From assembly GCF_036321535.1 (NCBI RefSeq), contig NC_087436.1:102178001-102242000 (forward strand): a stretch of DNA of 64,000 bases, given 5' to 3'. The stretch comes from Camelus dromedarius (taxonomy: Eukaryota). Made by a program: the position numbers and the translations under genes. Each line of letters opens with the position of its first letter. Position 1 is the stretch's first letter. The notes under the pieces were generated by a model, which was not told the DNA's origin, did not search any database, and was given only the letters and a program-made list of their open reading frames with translations. Positions 48,697 through 60,329 of the stretch are shown here, piece by piece.

Positions 48697-50343
48697 CATA
48701 AAGGTATGAAGTCTGGTTCATGAGGGAGTATGCAAATTTGTGTGAAAGAAAAATATATAGTTTATTTAAAGTCTTAAGAATGTGAATGGTTCAAGCTAAT
48801 GTCCTTTGATGGTCAGAAAAGGAGAACTCCATCTGGGCTAATGTGTAGTGTAGCCATCAATACAGCTTGAGTTAAATCTTGAAGAATTGGTAAGATACGA
48901 TAGACAAAAAGAAGAGCATCTTAAAATGAAGTGAAATGTGGCATGAATTGGGTTGGCAATGAAGCCCCCAGAAAGATTAAGGATCACATAATGTAGTGGG
49001 AGTAGGTTTTAGCTTTAATAGGAGACAGAGGAAGGATAAAATTTTGATAGCACTATTTGTCAAAGGAAGGTCTAATTTAACTTATTTATCAATCTGATGC
49101 TTCCTTATCTTATATCTGAAGTGTAGACAATTTTATAAATATTAATTCTCTAACACCTCTTGGGCAGCATTATTATTGTGGCTCTACTCATTATTAATTT
49201 TTTTTTTATTTTGTTTTGTGTTCTACCTAGTCCAATGAGGACAGAGAAGAGGTGAAGTCTTAGGAATATTGTGTGAAGTATTTGCCAAAGGAGACAACTT
49301 GTGAATCACTTCGCCCACGTGCTCCCCTACAAACTCATCTTCTATTTGGCTCCATTTACATGGCGTACATCCTCTGCTCATCCAGATGAGAGACACGTGG
49401 CTGGATGAATCCATTCTGTGTGCTGACCAGGGCAAGTTTCCTGGTCAGAAACTGGAACGAAACTAGAAAGTCAACCTTCAGTTTTACTCCATGTCTTCTG
49501 TTATCTCTTCATCTGCTGTCTCTGAGAATCCAACCTTTTTAAAATTTTTGCCTTCCACCTCACACAAACACATACAACACACTACATTTCCAAAGGATGT
49601 TAAGATTTTGTAAATATAAAATATAAATTTAATAAAAGAAATTGGAAAATAAAGCATGAGATAACAGATGTAAAAAAAATTCTTAGACACCCATCCTTTT
49701 AAAATTGTCTAATCCTATCATAATATCAAGTGATAGCTACTCTTTATCTTTAACAATTGGGAAGATAAACTTAGTTATGGAGATAAAAATCATACCTGAA
49801 GCTGAGTTCAGTCCGGCAATTATTTTTTAGTTCCTACTACATCTTGCCTTTTAGTATAACACATTGTTAGTGTAACACAAATGTTAGTATATTAGTCTAA
49901 CACAGATAAACTGTTGACTTTAATGTTCTTAGCAATGGAAGATCTCTGATTTCACCAGAGCCCCTAGTGCTTCTGGTTAACTCTTAAGAAATACTTTTCA
50001 TGATATTTTCAAAGTATGATTAACAAAGATGATTTTTCTGAGTCATAGCTAATAGCATTTGAGAAAATGTTGAAAGCTGAGGACTGATCAGTTTTTTTTA
50101 AAAAATTTCATCATATTCAGTGTTGAATTTAAATCTTTACAATGTAATTGTACAATAGTTATCATTCAGTACCTAAGTATCTTAAATAATTGCTGAGGTA
50201 ATTGCATAAGGCAGATTGTTTCAAAATTATTTTGAAGTAAATACATTATCTTGAAGTAGATTGCATTAGCTAAAATATAAATTTCTATATCTAGACTGAT
50301 ACCAAAATTATCAGTGAGGATGGGGGAGCATGTTCATTCTAGA

Positions 50344-50558
50344 TAGAGGTTTTTTAATCACACCAATATTGGCATTTGGACTCGATAATCCCTTGGGTTG
50401 GGAGACGATGCTATGCATCATAGGATGGTTAACAGCATCCCTGATTCCCTACCCACCAGGTACCACTAGCTTCCCCTTTGTAGTGACAATCAAAAGTATC
50501 TCCAGACACTGTAAAATATTCCTTAGAGGACAAAACTCCCCCTTTTTAAGAACCACTG
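50344..50558. mobile_element. MER20 hAT-Charlie MITE
   Basis: 'ggcatttggactcgataatcccttgggttggg...gcatcataggatggttaacagcatccctg...gtgacaatcaaaagtatctccagacactg...aagaaccactg'. Confidence 0.85.
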
Positions 50559-50599
50559 ATCTAGGTAAGCATGTGACTGTAGATACCAATCTGGAAATT

Positions 50600-50830
50600 A
50601 TGATAAGGGATAGCAGTCATTTACTGAGCATCGACCCAGGCCTGTACCCCGTGCTAGGCATTAATGTACAATAACTATCACACAGAACACGACTGTGATT
50701 TAATGGTGGCCTCCACGCCAGCTATTCCAGACAGACCAGATTTATGGATGAAATTAAGGTACTCAAATTAGATGGTTAATTAATTCAATGTAAAACAGCT
50801 AGTGAGGAAACAGGGATAATGAATGGGATA
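50600..50830 (-). mobile_element. MIR SINE
   Basis: 'gatagcagtcatttactgagcatc...gtgctaggcatt...tttatggatgaaattaaggtactcaaattagatgg'. Confidence 0.55.
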
Positions 50831-51807
50831 TGCTAACATACTTAATGCAGGGTCCAAGTATGCAGACCTGAATCAAAGTCACACATCGTTCTTATTTGTT
50901 GTCTTTCTTCTGTTGCATCTCAACCTTTCCTGGTGATGAAGTGATTAATAAGATTATGGCAGAAGTTTGAGCAAGGAGGCTCACAGATGGAAAGTATTTT
51001 ATGGGAAATAGAGGTGAACACAGACACAGTTCACTAGTTAGCTCCTAAAGAGTTGGGGGTTTTCCTGCTTTGTCTGAACAGAGTCCTTATGGATTCACAA
51101 GTAAACTGTACTGGGCGTCATCAGTGGGTGACCAGTTTAAGCAAAGCATAGCTAGCGTCTCAGAACTGTCATGGAGAACATTAATCATCTCGCTGCTTTT
51201 TATCTAAAAGTTACACATTTGTTTGTCCCATCATAACTTAGTTTTATTTTCTCTTTAGCATGTCTTACCAATGACTAACTTACTTATTATTTAGCTTCTC
51301 CCTTGATTATTTATTACCTATACTTTTTAATACATCCTATGAATTAGGTTTATCACAAGCTACTTGCTTTACCTGCCATCTATGCTTAATATTTACTATA
51401 AATTTCATCTCCTCTATTATAAGTTTTTTTCTTTAAACAAAATTAGATATTTTAAAAACAAAAAAAGCCTTGTGTTTTAATAACTTCAGTAATAACAACT
51501 AACTTTGGTGGAAAATTAACTACCCCTGCTTAATGTTCACAAATGGTACATATTGTAGAAAGGATACAGGTCCACCTGTAGCTAAGCTAAGTTTTGTTTG
51601 TTTGCTTTGCTTCTTTTTACTTCAACATATTACCTTTCTGAACAAGAATCACTAAAGAAATCCCAGGAATTTTTTTTTCCCCTGGGATTTCCCATCAAAC
51701 ACTTTTTTCCTCCCATATTCATTAATTATGAAAGGCCCTGGAAGCAAAAAAGTCCACAAAAGAAATATAACACTCATAAGAATGAATCTTACAATTAACT
51801 CTACCAT

Positions 51808-52350
51808 GGTTTCTGAATACATATAATAAGACAGCCTCAGACTCAAAGTTTTCTTCAAATCTATGAAAGTTTAGACAAATTTCTTCCTAAGGCTAGGTTC
51901 TGACCTCCCTTTTCTCTGGAAAACTTGTAAATTCTCTCTTTGCCTCTTTAAGATGTAAATCTTCTTAAAAGCCTCAGGCCAGTTTTACCATCATGGAAAG
52001 TCTTTGCCAAGGACCAGGGAGACATCCCTTTGAAATGAAATCATCAGGGAAGAAAGAGCCCCTATTCTAAGTTTCTGTCGGGGTGGAACTGGGGATCAGA
52101 ATCTAACGTAGTGAGCACCCTATTCTAAGTTGTAAAACTACTTCCTGTCCTGAAGATAAGAGAAAGTTTGTTTTCCATCTGGCTAAGTCTCATTAGCAAG
52201 CACAGATGGCCTAAGATCTCCTCACCCCATCCCATCTCAGCTCTTCAAAACTCTCCTACCCATTGTTCCAATAGAGTTGAGCTCAGAATGAATTCTGGTC
52301 CCTTTCCCCCATTGAGATAAGCTTGAAGAAAGTCTTCCTTGCCTGATTAA
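51808..52350 (+). mobile_element. ERV1-class solo LTR, MER34/MER39-like
   Basis: 'ggaccagggagacatccctttgaaatgaaatcatcaggga', 'gttgtaaaactacttcctgtcctgaagataagagaaag', and end 'gcttgaagaaagtcttccttgcctg'. Confidence 0.65.
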
Positions 52351-52351
52351 A

Positions 52352-52410
52352 TAGATAACTTGGTAGATAGATTAGAACAAATAGACAGACAGACAGACAG
52401 ATAGAGATAG
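52352..52410. repeat. (GATA/GACA)n tetranucleotide tract
   Basis: 'atagacagacagacagacagatagagatag'. Confidence 0.8.
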
Positions 52411-52427
52411 CTAATGGAATGCAACAT

Positions 52428-53415
52428 TATGCCAGGAGTGCAATATTCCCAAGTTCACAGACATCAAGAGGTAAAATTAGCAGCATTCATTCTATCCAGG
52501 TACTCTCAGAGCAGGAAGTTGATGGACTGACCTCCAACTCAGTGCTTTGCCTCTCCTTCAGTGATGGCAAGTTTTTAACCAAAATCTGGTGGATGTCTCA
52601 AGTAGCAGTCTGAGAACCAGCTGATCTATTGGCCCCCACAGACCACACAGAGGTAGAGGTACACAAGCCATCCACCATGGAGAGGCTCACCACTGCCTAG
52701 GATGTGCTGGCTTGTGCCTTCAAGCTGATGCCCAGGATGAAGGAGACCTTGAGTAATGAGGCCCTCAGCACTGCTGAGCCCAGTATCAACCCAGCACCAC
52801 CAACCATCCAGCTATAAGACACCCGGAAAGGTGTGCCCTGGGCCTTTCTCCAGCAATTCAGGTTAATTAAACTCAGAAATAGTTGGTACAGATGACTGGG
52901 CACCCACCCAGAGCAGAGGCACTGGTTACACCTGCTCAAGTGTCTCTGGGAGCTGGACTGCTGCCATGCAGTATCTTCATGTTGGAACAGAAGCCAGTGC
53001 TCATCAAGGAAGTAGCCTAGTCCATCCTGGGCAGCCACTGCACCTCTGTGAGCCCTGCACAGGTGGAGAAGCACGAGCAGCTTGTTTCCAGACTGATTTG
53101 CTCCCAAACTGTCTTAGCCTCCACCACATCTTCCATTTACATCTCCCATGCTGGACATGTCTGCCAATTTTATGGACATCATTGTGCTACTAGGCTGCCT
53201 TGAACATCCCCTATGGCCCAGAGAACAAACATCTGAACTGGAAGCTCCTTAGCCTGAACTCAATTCCATTGTGAAACATTTTGATTTTTCCTTGATCAGA
53301 GTCCCCATGAAGGTCAAAATTTAGATGTGGGCTCTGGGCTGCAGGTCATGGTGATTGTATGCCTCATGGGGCTTATGTGCAGAGGTTGATATTAAACTGG
53401 TTCCTGTTGGTGTTT
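52428..53415 (+). pseudogene. CDT1: Processed (intronless) pseudogene of CDT1, 5'-truncated, with 3'UTR
   Basis: Collinear peptides QECNIPKF, LSEQEVDG, QVFNQNLV, ENQLIYWPP, ERLTTA*DVLACAFKLMPRMKETLS, KGVP, QK*LVQMT, SIFMLEQKPVLIKEVA*SILGSHCTSVSPAQVEKH and DLLPNCLSLHHI. They match the recalled CDT1 C-terminal half ([83 protein letters not shown]...MSPGEMEKH, ELLPDWLSLHRI). No introns, multiple stops and frameshifts, ATTAAA at 53391. Confidence 0.9.
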
Positions 53416-54509
53416 AATATCATGAAAGCTGACAAGGGGAAATGTAAGACTCAATCTTAGTTTGAAATGTTTATTTCTCTTATTACATTTAACTGAAGTT
53501 TGTTATGATCATTTTAATCCACATTATGTAAATTAATTATTATTCAAACTCCAGAAGTAAAATACCTCAGGAGGAGAGTAAGTTCTTTTAAAAGTACTTT
53601 CTTCTTTTCTCAACCCTCGTATCCAAGATGCATATTTGCTGCTATACTGTAGCCTCACTTCATCAGTCTGTAGTTCCTATCAGCACAAAGGGCTAGGTCA
53701 ACAGTTTTTTAAATTAACTTCTAATATGAAAATATTATCAAACTTGTCCAAAATATATTCTATCATGATGATTTTCTATAAAATAGCAAACAAAACTGTT
53801 ATTTCACATGAATGCAAAAATGTTGTCCTGTGACCCCCCTCCTATTACGAATCCTGAATCACTACATCTATTCAAAAGCCTTAATGAATGCTGAGAACTG
53901 AGTTATACACTAGATGCTGGGCAGGCTGTTTGAGCTTATCCAGTTTTCAGAAAATAAAATGTGCCATTGGAACTCCTCCTCTTCACTAGTGTATCTGAAT
54001 ATTGATTGCAGCACTGAGACGGACTATTCAGTTATTTATAGTTTGTATGTCTAGTTTTCCCTTCAGGAATTTTCAGTGTAACACCGTATTTCTATCTTAT
54101 AAATTATATAGATAAAAATATTGGCAAGAAATGGAGAATGTCCTTGGCATCTTCCACAATAATGGAAGCACAAGACCTTTGCCAAAGAAGATTTAGGAGA
54201 AGGCTGCCAACAAAAAAATAACTCTAACACTTCCTCAGAAATGCTGAAATCCTTCCTATGATGAAGCAATTAATCATCCAGCTCTACATTAAGCATGTAT
54301 TTAATTTCATTCACCATTGCACTGGGCACTGTAAGCAAAACTGAAAAAAAAAATAATAAAGTCCTCCACTGAGATGCTTAAAACTGAATTCAGGAAACAC
54401 AATACATATTTAATAATTAACCCCACTTGTACAGCCCTGAATAGTACAATGTTAGTTGCAAGGAAATGGACATCAGGGTGTTCTGAAGTAATTTTCTGAG
54501 ACAATAATT

Positions 54510-54800
54510 CTATTGCAGTGTGTAGTACAGACTGAAGTGAAGAAAAGATTAGTTGAAGAGATAACCTCCCTATAAAAGAGACGGTTGAAAAGTTCCAGGG
54601 AAGAGATAATGAAGGCTTGAACTAGGGCACTGGCAGTGGAAATGGAGAGGAAAAGCCAGATTCAAGAGGTATTTATGAGGAAGGATTAATAAGTGAATGA
54701 CTGGATGTGTGAGATGCGGGAGACATCAGGAGTCAAGGTTGGCTTTGTGGTTTCTGTCTTGGGAAACTGGGTATCTGTGATGCTTCCTGAGATAGAAACG
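54510..54800 (-). mobile_element. L2 LINE fragment
   Basis: 'ccagggaagagataatgaaggcttgaactagggcactggcagtggaaatggagaggaaaag...ggagtcaaggttggctttgtggtttctgtcttgggaaactgggta'. Confidence 0.8.
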
Positions 54801-57349
54801 TCGATCGACTGTGTTTGAGATTTCCGTGATGTGCAGGTTCTCAGGTAGTTCCACTGTTCTCATAGGGGGAATTCATCCCGATATCTCAATTGCTGTAAGT
54901 GAGGCAGGATTTGCCAGTTACAGCAAAAACAACGGTGTCAGTTCCAGGGTCTCTGCTTAAAGGAGGCAGCATATTTTCAAACTGCCAGAGCTTGAGGTAA
55001 GCATAGACTAGGAAGCTTTCACATCATTTGACATGAAGGTCTCATATCTCATTCTCTCTCTTTCCTTGCTATGCATGATTCCATAGATTTAATTCTTTAC
55101 CTAGATTTGCTAGACCTACAGCATTTTATTTATTTTATGACTATAGCTGTAAATTAAACCAAGACTGTAGTTTTACAATTCCATTACTACAATTATATAA
55201 TAATTTCTACTGAAAGATGTTTATTCATTTTAAAGATTACTTATAGAACAGAAGAGTAATGCAGATTAATTCATGGTAGTAAAGGAATAAAGCAAAACTT
55301 TTACAGCAGAGGAGTGAAGAGTCCGGATATTTTGGTGCAAGTCTTACTCTTTTACAAAGTACCTAGGCTTATTGTGATGTTTGGCCATCACCAGAATCCC
55401 CTATCGCTTCAATTACTACTCTGAGAATTCTTTTTCTTTCTGTACTAAATGGATTCTAGTTTCCCTTAGAGACTTTGTTTTACATGGGATCGGCTACGAC
55501 ATGAGACACAGAATTGAAGCAGATGGCTGCCTTAATCCTCTTCGTCACTTTAAAACTGTACTTCCATCCTTGTATGTCCCCAGATCATTTAATTTTATGT
55601 CACAAACTAAACCTTCTACTCCACGGTCCCTCATCTGTGACCTTCTAACCCGTAGGGTACTGTACCCTACTCCTTTAATATTTTACCTCTTGGCTCAATC
55701 ACCTCTCCTCTCCGATACCATGCCTTCAGTAATCAATATATGGATCTCTTATCCAGAATCTCCTCCTCTCCAAATATACCTTCTTCTACCCCACTTCACT
55801 CACTCATTCCCATGGCTACACCACAGGCCAAGTGATCACTAATAAAAGTGGTATATCAGCTCCAAGCATTCACATTTCTGAAAAGACCTCCTATATTTTA
55901 TCTCACTTCCTTAGAACCTCAATCCACAATTCTCTCCTTAAAAATTTCACACCAATTGATTGTTCCACTTTTATGTTTTACCATGTCATGCCCTCTTTAG
56001 CTTTCCTCTTTACCATTCATGGATTTCACTTAAAAATAATTCCTGGGCGTACTCTCTCAAGTCTTTTCTGCCATCTTGTTTTGGCATTTTCACTTAGTAA
56101 TGCCATAATCCTGGTCAAATCAAACTGTTTCCTACTCTTCATCTGCAGCCATGTAGATGGAGATGGTTGGAGGAAAAAAAGAGCACAATTGCACTGACCA
56201 GGCTTAATTAAATACTAAATCAGTATCAACAGTGCAATGTCCAGTAATTATACTAGATTTCCCTGCCTTTTTCCCTCTCCCACTTTCCCAGTAGACCGAT
56301 TCATGATATCCAGTCTTTATTCCGACTTCTTACATTTCTTCATCCTTACTCACATTCAGTGAATTGGCATCATAATTCACTGAAGCACTCAGAAGAAAAC
56401 TTGCCAAAGCTCCTAAGACATCTCTGACAAGTGATTTGCTTTTCTGCCCTTTTAATGGTCAGTAGTGCTCCATTCATTTTCTTAACTAGTGTTAACTTTG
56501 CCTTTAGTGAACTAAGGCACATTCTCAATCACTTACTTTGGATTCACCCTTTAGAAATTCTGTTCTTTCTCTTCTCCTGCTTATCCCTTATGCATGTGAA
56601 ATATACTATAATTTCTCCCTTGTTAAACATAACAACACAAAATAGAACTTTTCTCTTGGCACCAAGTCCTCCATGAGCCTCCATCTTATGTCTTATTATG
56701 GCAAAGTTCTTTAAAGTAGTTGCCTCTATTTCTTCTTCCCCCAATCTCTCTTGCTCCCTTGCCAATTAGGTATTGTCTTTACCTATTCAACCAAAACTGT
56801 TCTACTTAAGGTCACCAAATGTCCTTCATCTTATTTGACTTTTCAGCAGCACTTACCTAGTTGATCACCCTCTCATCCTTGAAATGCTTTCTTCATGTGC
56901 CTTCCAATACACTTCACTTTTTCTTTTTTCTTTTTTTAAATTTAATTGGCAAATGACCTTCATTCCATTTCCTTTCATACTTCTTCCCAGCCTGACTGAA
57001 TAGACATTGTAGTACTGTAGGAATCTGTATTTGAACCACTTGTCTTTCCATCTACCATTATTTCTTTGGCTATTTCCTCCAGTTTCATGCCTTTAAATAT
57101 ATGACTAGATGGCATGACTAGTTGGTGAAACTTGAACATGCACAAAGTTGTATGTGTTTGATTAGATGGTATTTCAAGGCAGAAATGATCAACTTTGTAA
57201 TTTCCAGTTACTGGGTCTCAGTTTTATATACTTCTATCATTGACCTTCCCCATGAATTCTAGATTTGATTGTTCAATTTCTTATTAAGCACCTCCAATTG
57301 TATGTGAAATAGACATCTGAAATTTTAATTGTCCAAGGTCAAGCACCTG

Positions 57350-57590
57350 TTGATAGTAACGGATGTCATCTATATAATGCTTACTGTGTACCAGAAAATA
57401 CCCTAAAAATTTTACATGTATTTGTTGGCTTATACCATATAATAAACTTATGAATTCATTGCTACTATAAATGAAGAGATTGAGATACAAAGAATTTGAA
57501 CAAATCATCTATGCTTATGAAGCTTGCAAGTGGTTGATTTGACACAAAAAACATAGGTGCCAGAGTGCATATGCAGTATGCTGCTTCTCT
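57350..57590 (-). mobile_element. MIR inserted in L2
   Basis: 'aatgcttactgtgtaccaga...tttacatgtattt...tataaatgaagagattgagatacaaagaatttgaacaaatcatc'. Confidence 0.65.
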
Positions 57591-58049
57591 GATCTTTTCT
57601 CATGAACCTCTTTTGTATACATTGTTCCCCAAATCAGCAGATAGGAAATCCGTCCTTCCAAGCACTTAAGACAAAATTTTGGGTCCCTCCTTGACTTGGT
57701 TTCCTTTCACAACTCTTACTCTTACTAATTTTGCATTCCGAATCTGTTTACTTCTCACTACACCATTGCCATCACTTTGGCCCAAGCCACCTTTGTTTCC
57801 CATTTGGATGCCTGCAATAGCTTTTAAACTAGTCTCCTAATCCCACCTTTGTCTTCCATTAGTCTTTCCTCAACACAGCAATGGAATTTGGGGCATTCCT
57901 ATTAATGTAAAAGATCATGACAGCTCTGTGCTCAAATCTTTTTAATGGCTTACCATTTCACTCAAGTAAAAGCAAACACTACTAATGTGGTCTTGAGAGG
58001 TCATAAGTGATTCTGCTCTCTGTTACCTTTAGCCTCATCCATCTCCCTT

Positions 58050-59290
58050 TTTTTAAAATGTAACATTTTTTTTCCATTTATTGAGACTTTATTTTTCAGA
58101 GAGTTTTTGGTTCATAGCAAATTTGAGGGAAAGGTGCCGAGATCTTCAATATACTACATGACCCCAGAAGTTCTCCTCCAATACCAACATGCCATATCAA
58201 AGTACATATATTATAATTGATGAATCTACATTGGCATATCATAATCATCCAAAATTCAAAATTCACCTTAGATTTCACTCTCAGTGTTGTATATTCTATG
58301 GCTTTGAACAAATGTATAAAGACATGCTTTCATCATTATGATATGTACAGATTATTTTCACTGCCTTAAAAATTCTCTTTGTTTTCCCTATTTATCCCTC
58401 AAACCCCAATCGCTGGTAACCACTGAGCTAATGTAGAACACCTTCGTATGCTAATTTTCTAATTGTATATCTCCTTTGATGAGCTGTCTGTTAAGTCTTT
58501 GGCCCATCTTTTAATCGAGTTGTATATTTTCTTATAGATAAATTTTAGAGTTCTTTGTATATTTTGGATAACAGTTCTTTATCAGTTGTATCTTTGCAAA
58601 CATTTTCTCCCAGACTGTGGCTTGTCATCTCATTTTCTTAGCATTGTCTTTCTCAGAGCAGCTTTTGATTTTAATGAAGTCCAGCTTATCAATTAAGTTG
58701 TTCATGGATTGTATCTGTGGTGAATCTAAAAAGTCATTGCTATACCCAAGATCATTTAAATTTTCTACTAAATTAACTTTTAGGAGTTTTATTCTTTTGC
58801 CTTTTAAATTTAGGTCTACAATCCATTTTGAGTTGTTTTTTGTGAAGTGTATAATGTGGTCCATGTTTAGATTCTTTTTGTATGTGCATGTCCAGTTGTT
58901 ACAGCACCATTTATTGAAATGACTATCCTTGCTCCATTTTATGCTCTTGTTACTTTGTCAAAGATCAGTGAACTACATTAACGTGGGTCTATTTCTGGGT
59001 ATGGTATGTATTCTGTTCCATTGATTTATTTGCCTGTTCTTTCACCAAGACCATACTGTCTTGATCACTGTAATTTTAGAGTAAATCTTGAAGTCAGGTA
59101 GCATCAGTCATCCAAATTTATTCTTCTCATTCAATACTGGGTCTTTTACCTCTTTATATAAACTTTAGAACCAATTTATCAAGATCCATAAGATAACTTG
59201 CTAGGATTTTGATTGGGATTTCATTGACTCTATAGATCAAGTTGGGAAGAAATTACAACTTGTCAATATTTAGTTTTCCTCTCCTGTGAA
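58050..59290 (-). mobile_element. L1 (L1MB/L1MC-type) 3' fragment inserted in L2
   Basis: ORF 58625..58864 (-) reads HFTKNNSKWIVDLNLKGKRIKLLKVNLVENLNDLG, an L1 ORF2 C-terminal motif. T-rich antisense tail near 58050-58100. Confidence 0.9.
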
Positions 59291-59499
59291 AGTTTACTTT
59301 TATCTCCTTTTATAATTTTTCTTTTACTCACTCTGCTCCAGTCCCACAACTTTCTTTCTTGTTGAATATGTCAGGCGTGCTCCTGCCTCAGGATCTTGGT
59401 CTACACTGCTCCATCGTTTGGAAGAGCTCTTTTCCACATATCCACACATATCCACATAGTCTTTGATCACAAGTCATCTTCTCAGTGGGGCCTTTGCTT

Positions 59500-60072
59500 A
59501 TGTCCTGCAGCACTCAACACAATGGATTTAAATATTTAAACAGAAAAGGATTTAATAGAAGGAATAAATTTAGAAAAAAATTTTGAGAGACTCAGGAAGT
59601 AGGCTGTAGCCTGTGCTTTTAGAAATGACTCTGACAGGTTATACAGCCAATATTTCATAATAGCTATAAATGGAGTATATCCTTTAAGAAGTGTATACCT
59701 GTAATATATAATATTGTACCTCAACTGTGCTTCAATGAAAGGTGGCTGCTAGAATTCATCTTCTACTACAACTCTCTGCTCACATGGATGAAATTGATGA
59801 CTAACTCTAGAACTTCATAACCATATTTTTTTCTCAGAAAAGAGAAAAATCTGCAAGAAAATGACTTTTACCTCATTTCCCCTTTGCAAAGTTTATACAA
59901 ATACATCAAGTTGATTCATTTTTTTTAAAACCCAGAATTTAAGTTTCAAGGATGTTTGGGAAATGCATTTTCTTTTTTTTTTTTTTTTAGCTTTCTAGAT
60001 GCTAGTATGGAGATGCACATTAGGAAGTGAAAACGAATCTTCTATGCTAATGTATGTTGGCTGTATACCACA
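59500..60072 (-). mobile_element. Old MaLR-type LTR with a small young L1 3' tip (~59640-59738, +) inside
   Basis: LTR-like 'ggatttaatagaaggaat...aagtttcaaggatgtttgggaaatgcattttc...ataccaca'. Insert 'cagccaatatttcataatagctataaatggagtatatcctttaag...tattgtacctcaactgtgcttcaat'. Confidence 0.5.
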
Positions 60073-60329
60073 CTGTAAAAAATTTCATGTCCCATTAACA
60101 CTATTGTCAATTATCTTTTTTCTCTATTATTTTTAGCAAAGCAGTTATTAAAATTTCACATATTTTATATTATATCGATTTTGTTTTAACATTTTTGAAA
60201 ACAATGTCTAAATTTCATAATATTTAAGTTTTAATTTCAAGATTCAAAATTGTATTAATATTATTTACATGTGTGTCTATACATTTTACTGTCTTTTTTT
60301 CTCCTTTTCTTTTTTTCCTTGGCCTCAAA

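Larger units (their letters stand above)
55400..60200 (+). mobile_element. Long L2 LINE remnant (EN to RT to 3' region) interrupted by MIR, L1 and an LTR
   Basis: EN motif PTSLTHSHGYT (~55790, cf. PTSATHSHGHTLDL). RT motif 'catcttatttgacttttcagcagcacttacctagttgatcac' (cf. LLDLSAAFDTVDH) at ~56830. 3' L2 text at 57740-58050, resuming at ~59320-59500. Confidence 0.8.

Noticed and set aside
52697..53107. 136-aa minus-strand ORF
   Set aside because: It is antisense to the CDT1 retrocopy; the homology lies on the + strand.
55381..56197. 153-aa and 121-aa + strand ORFs
   Set aside because: They lie in decayed, pyrimidine-rich L2 sequence and are mostly off the original L2 frame.
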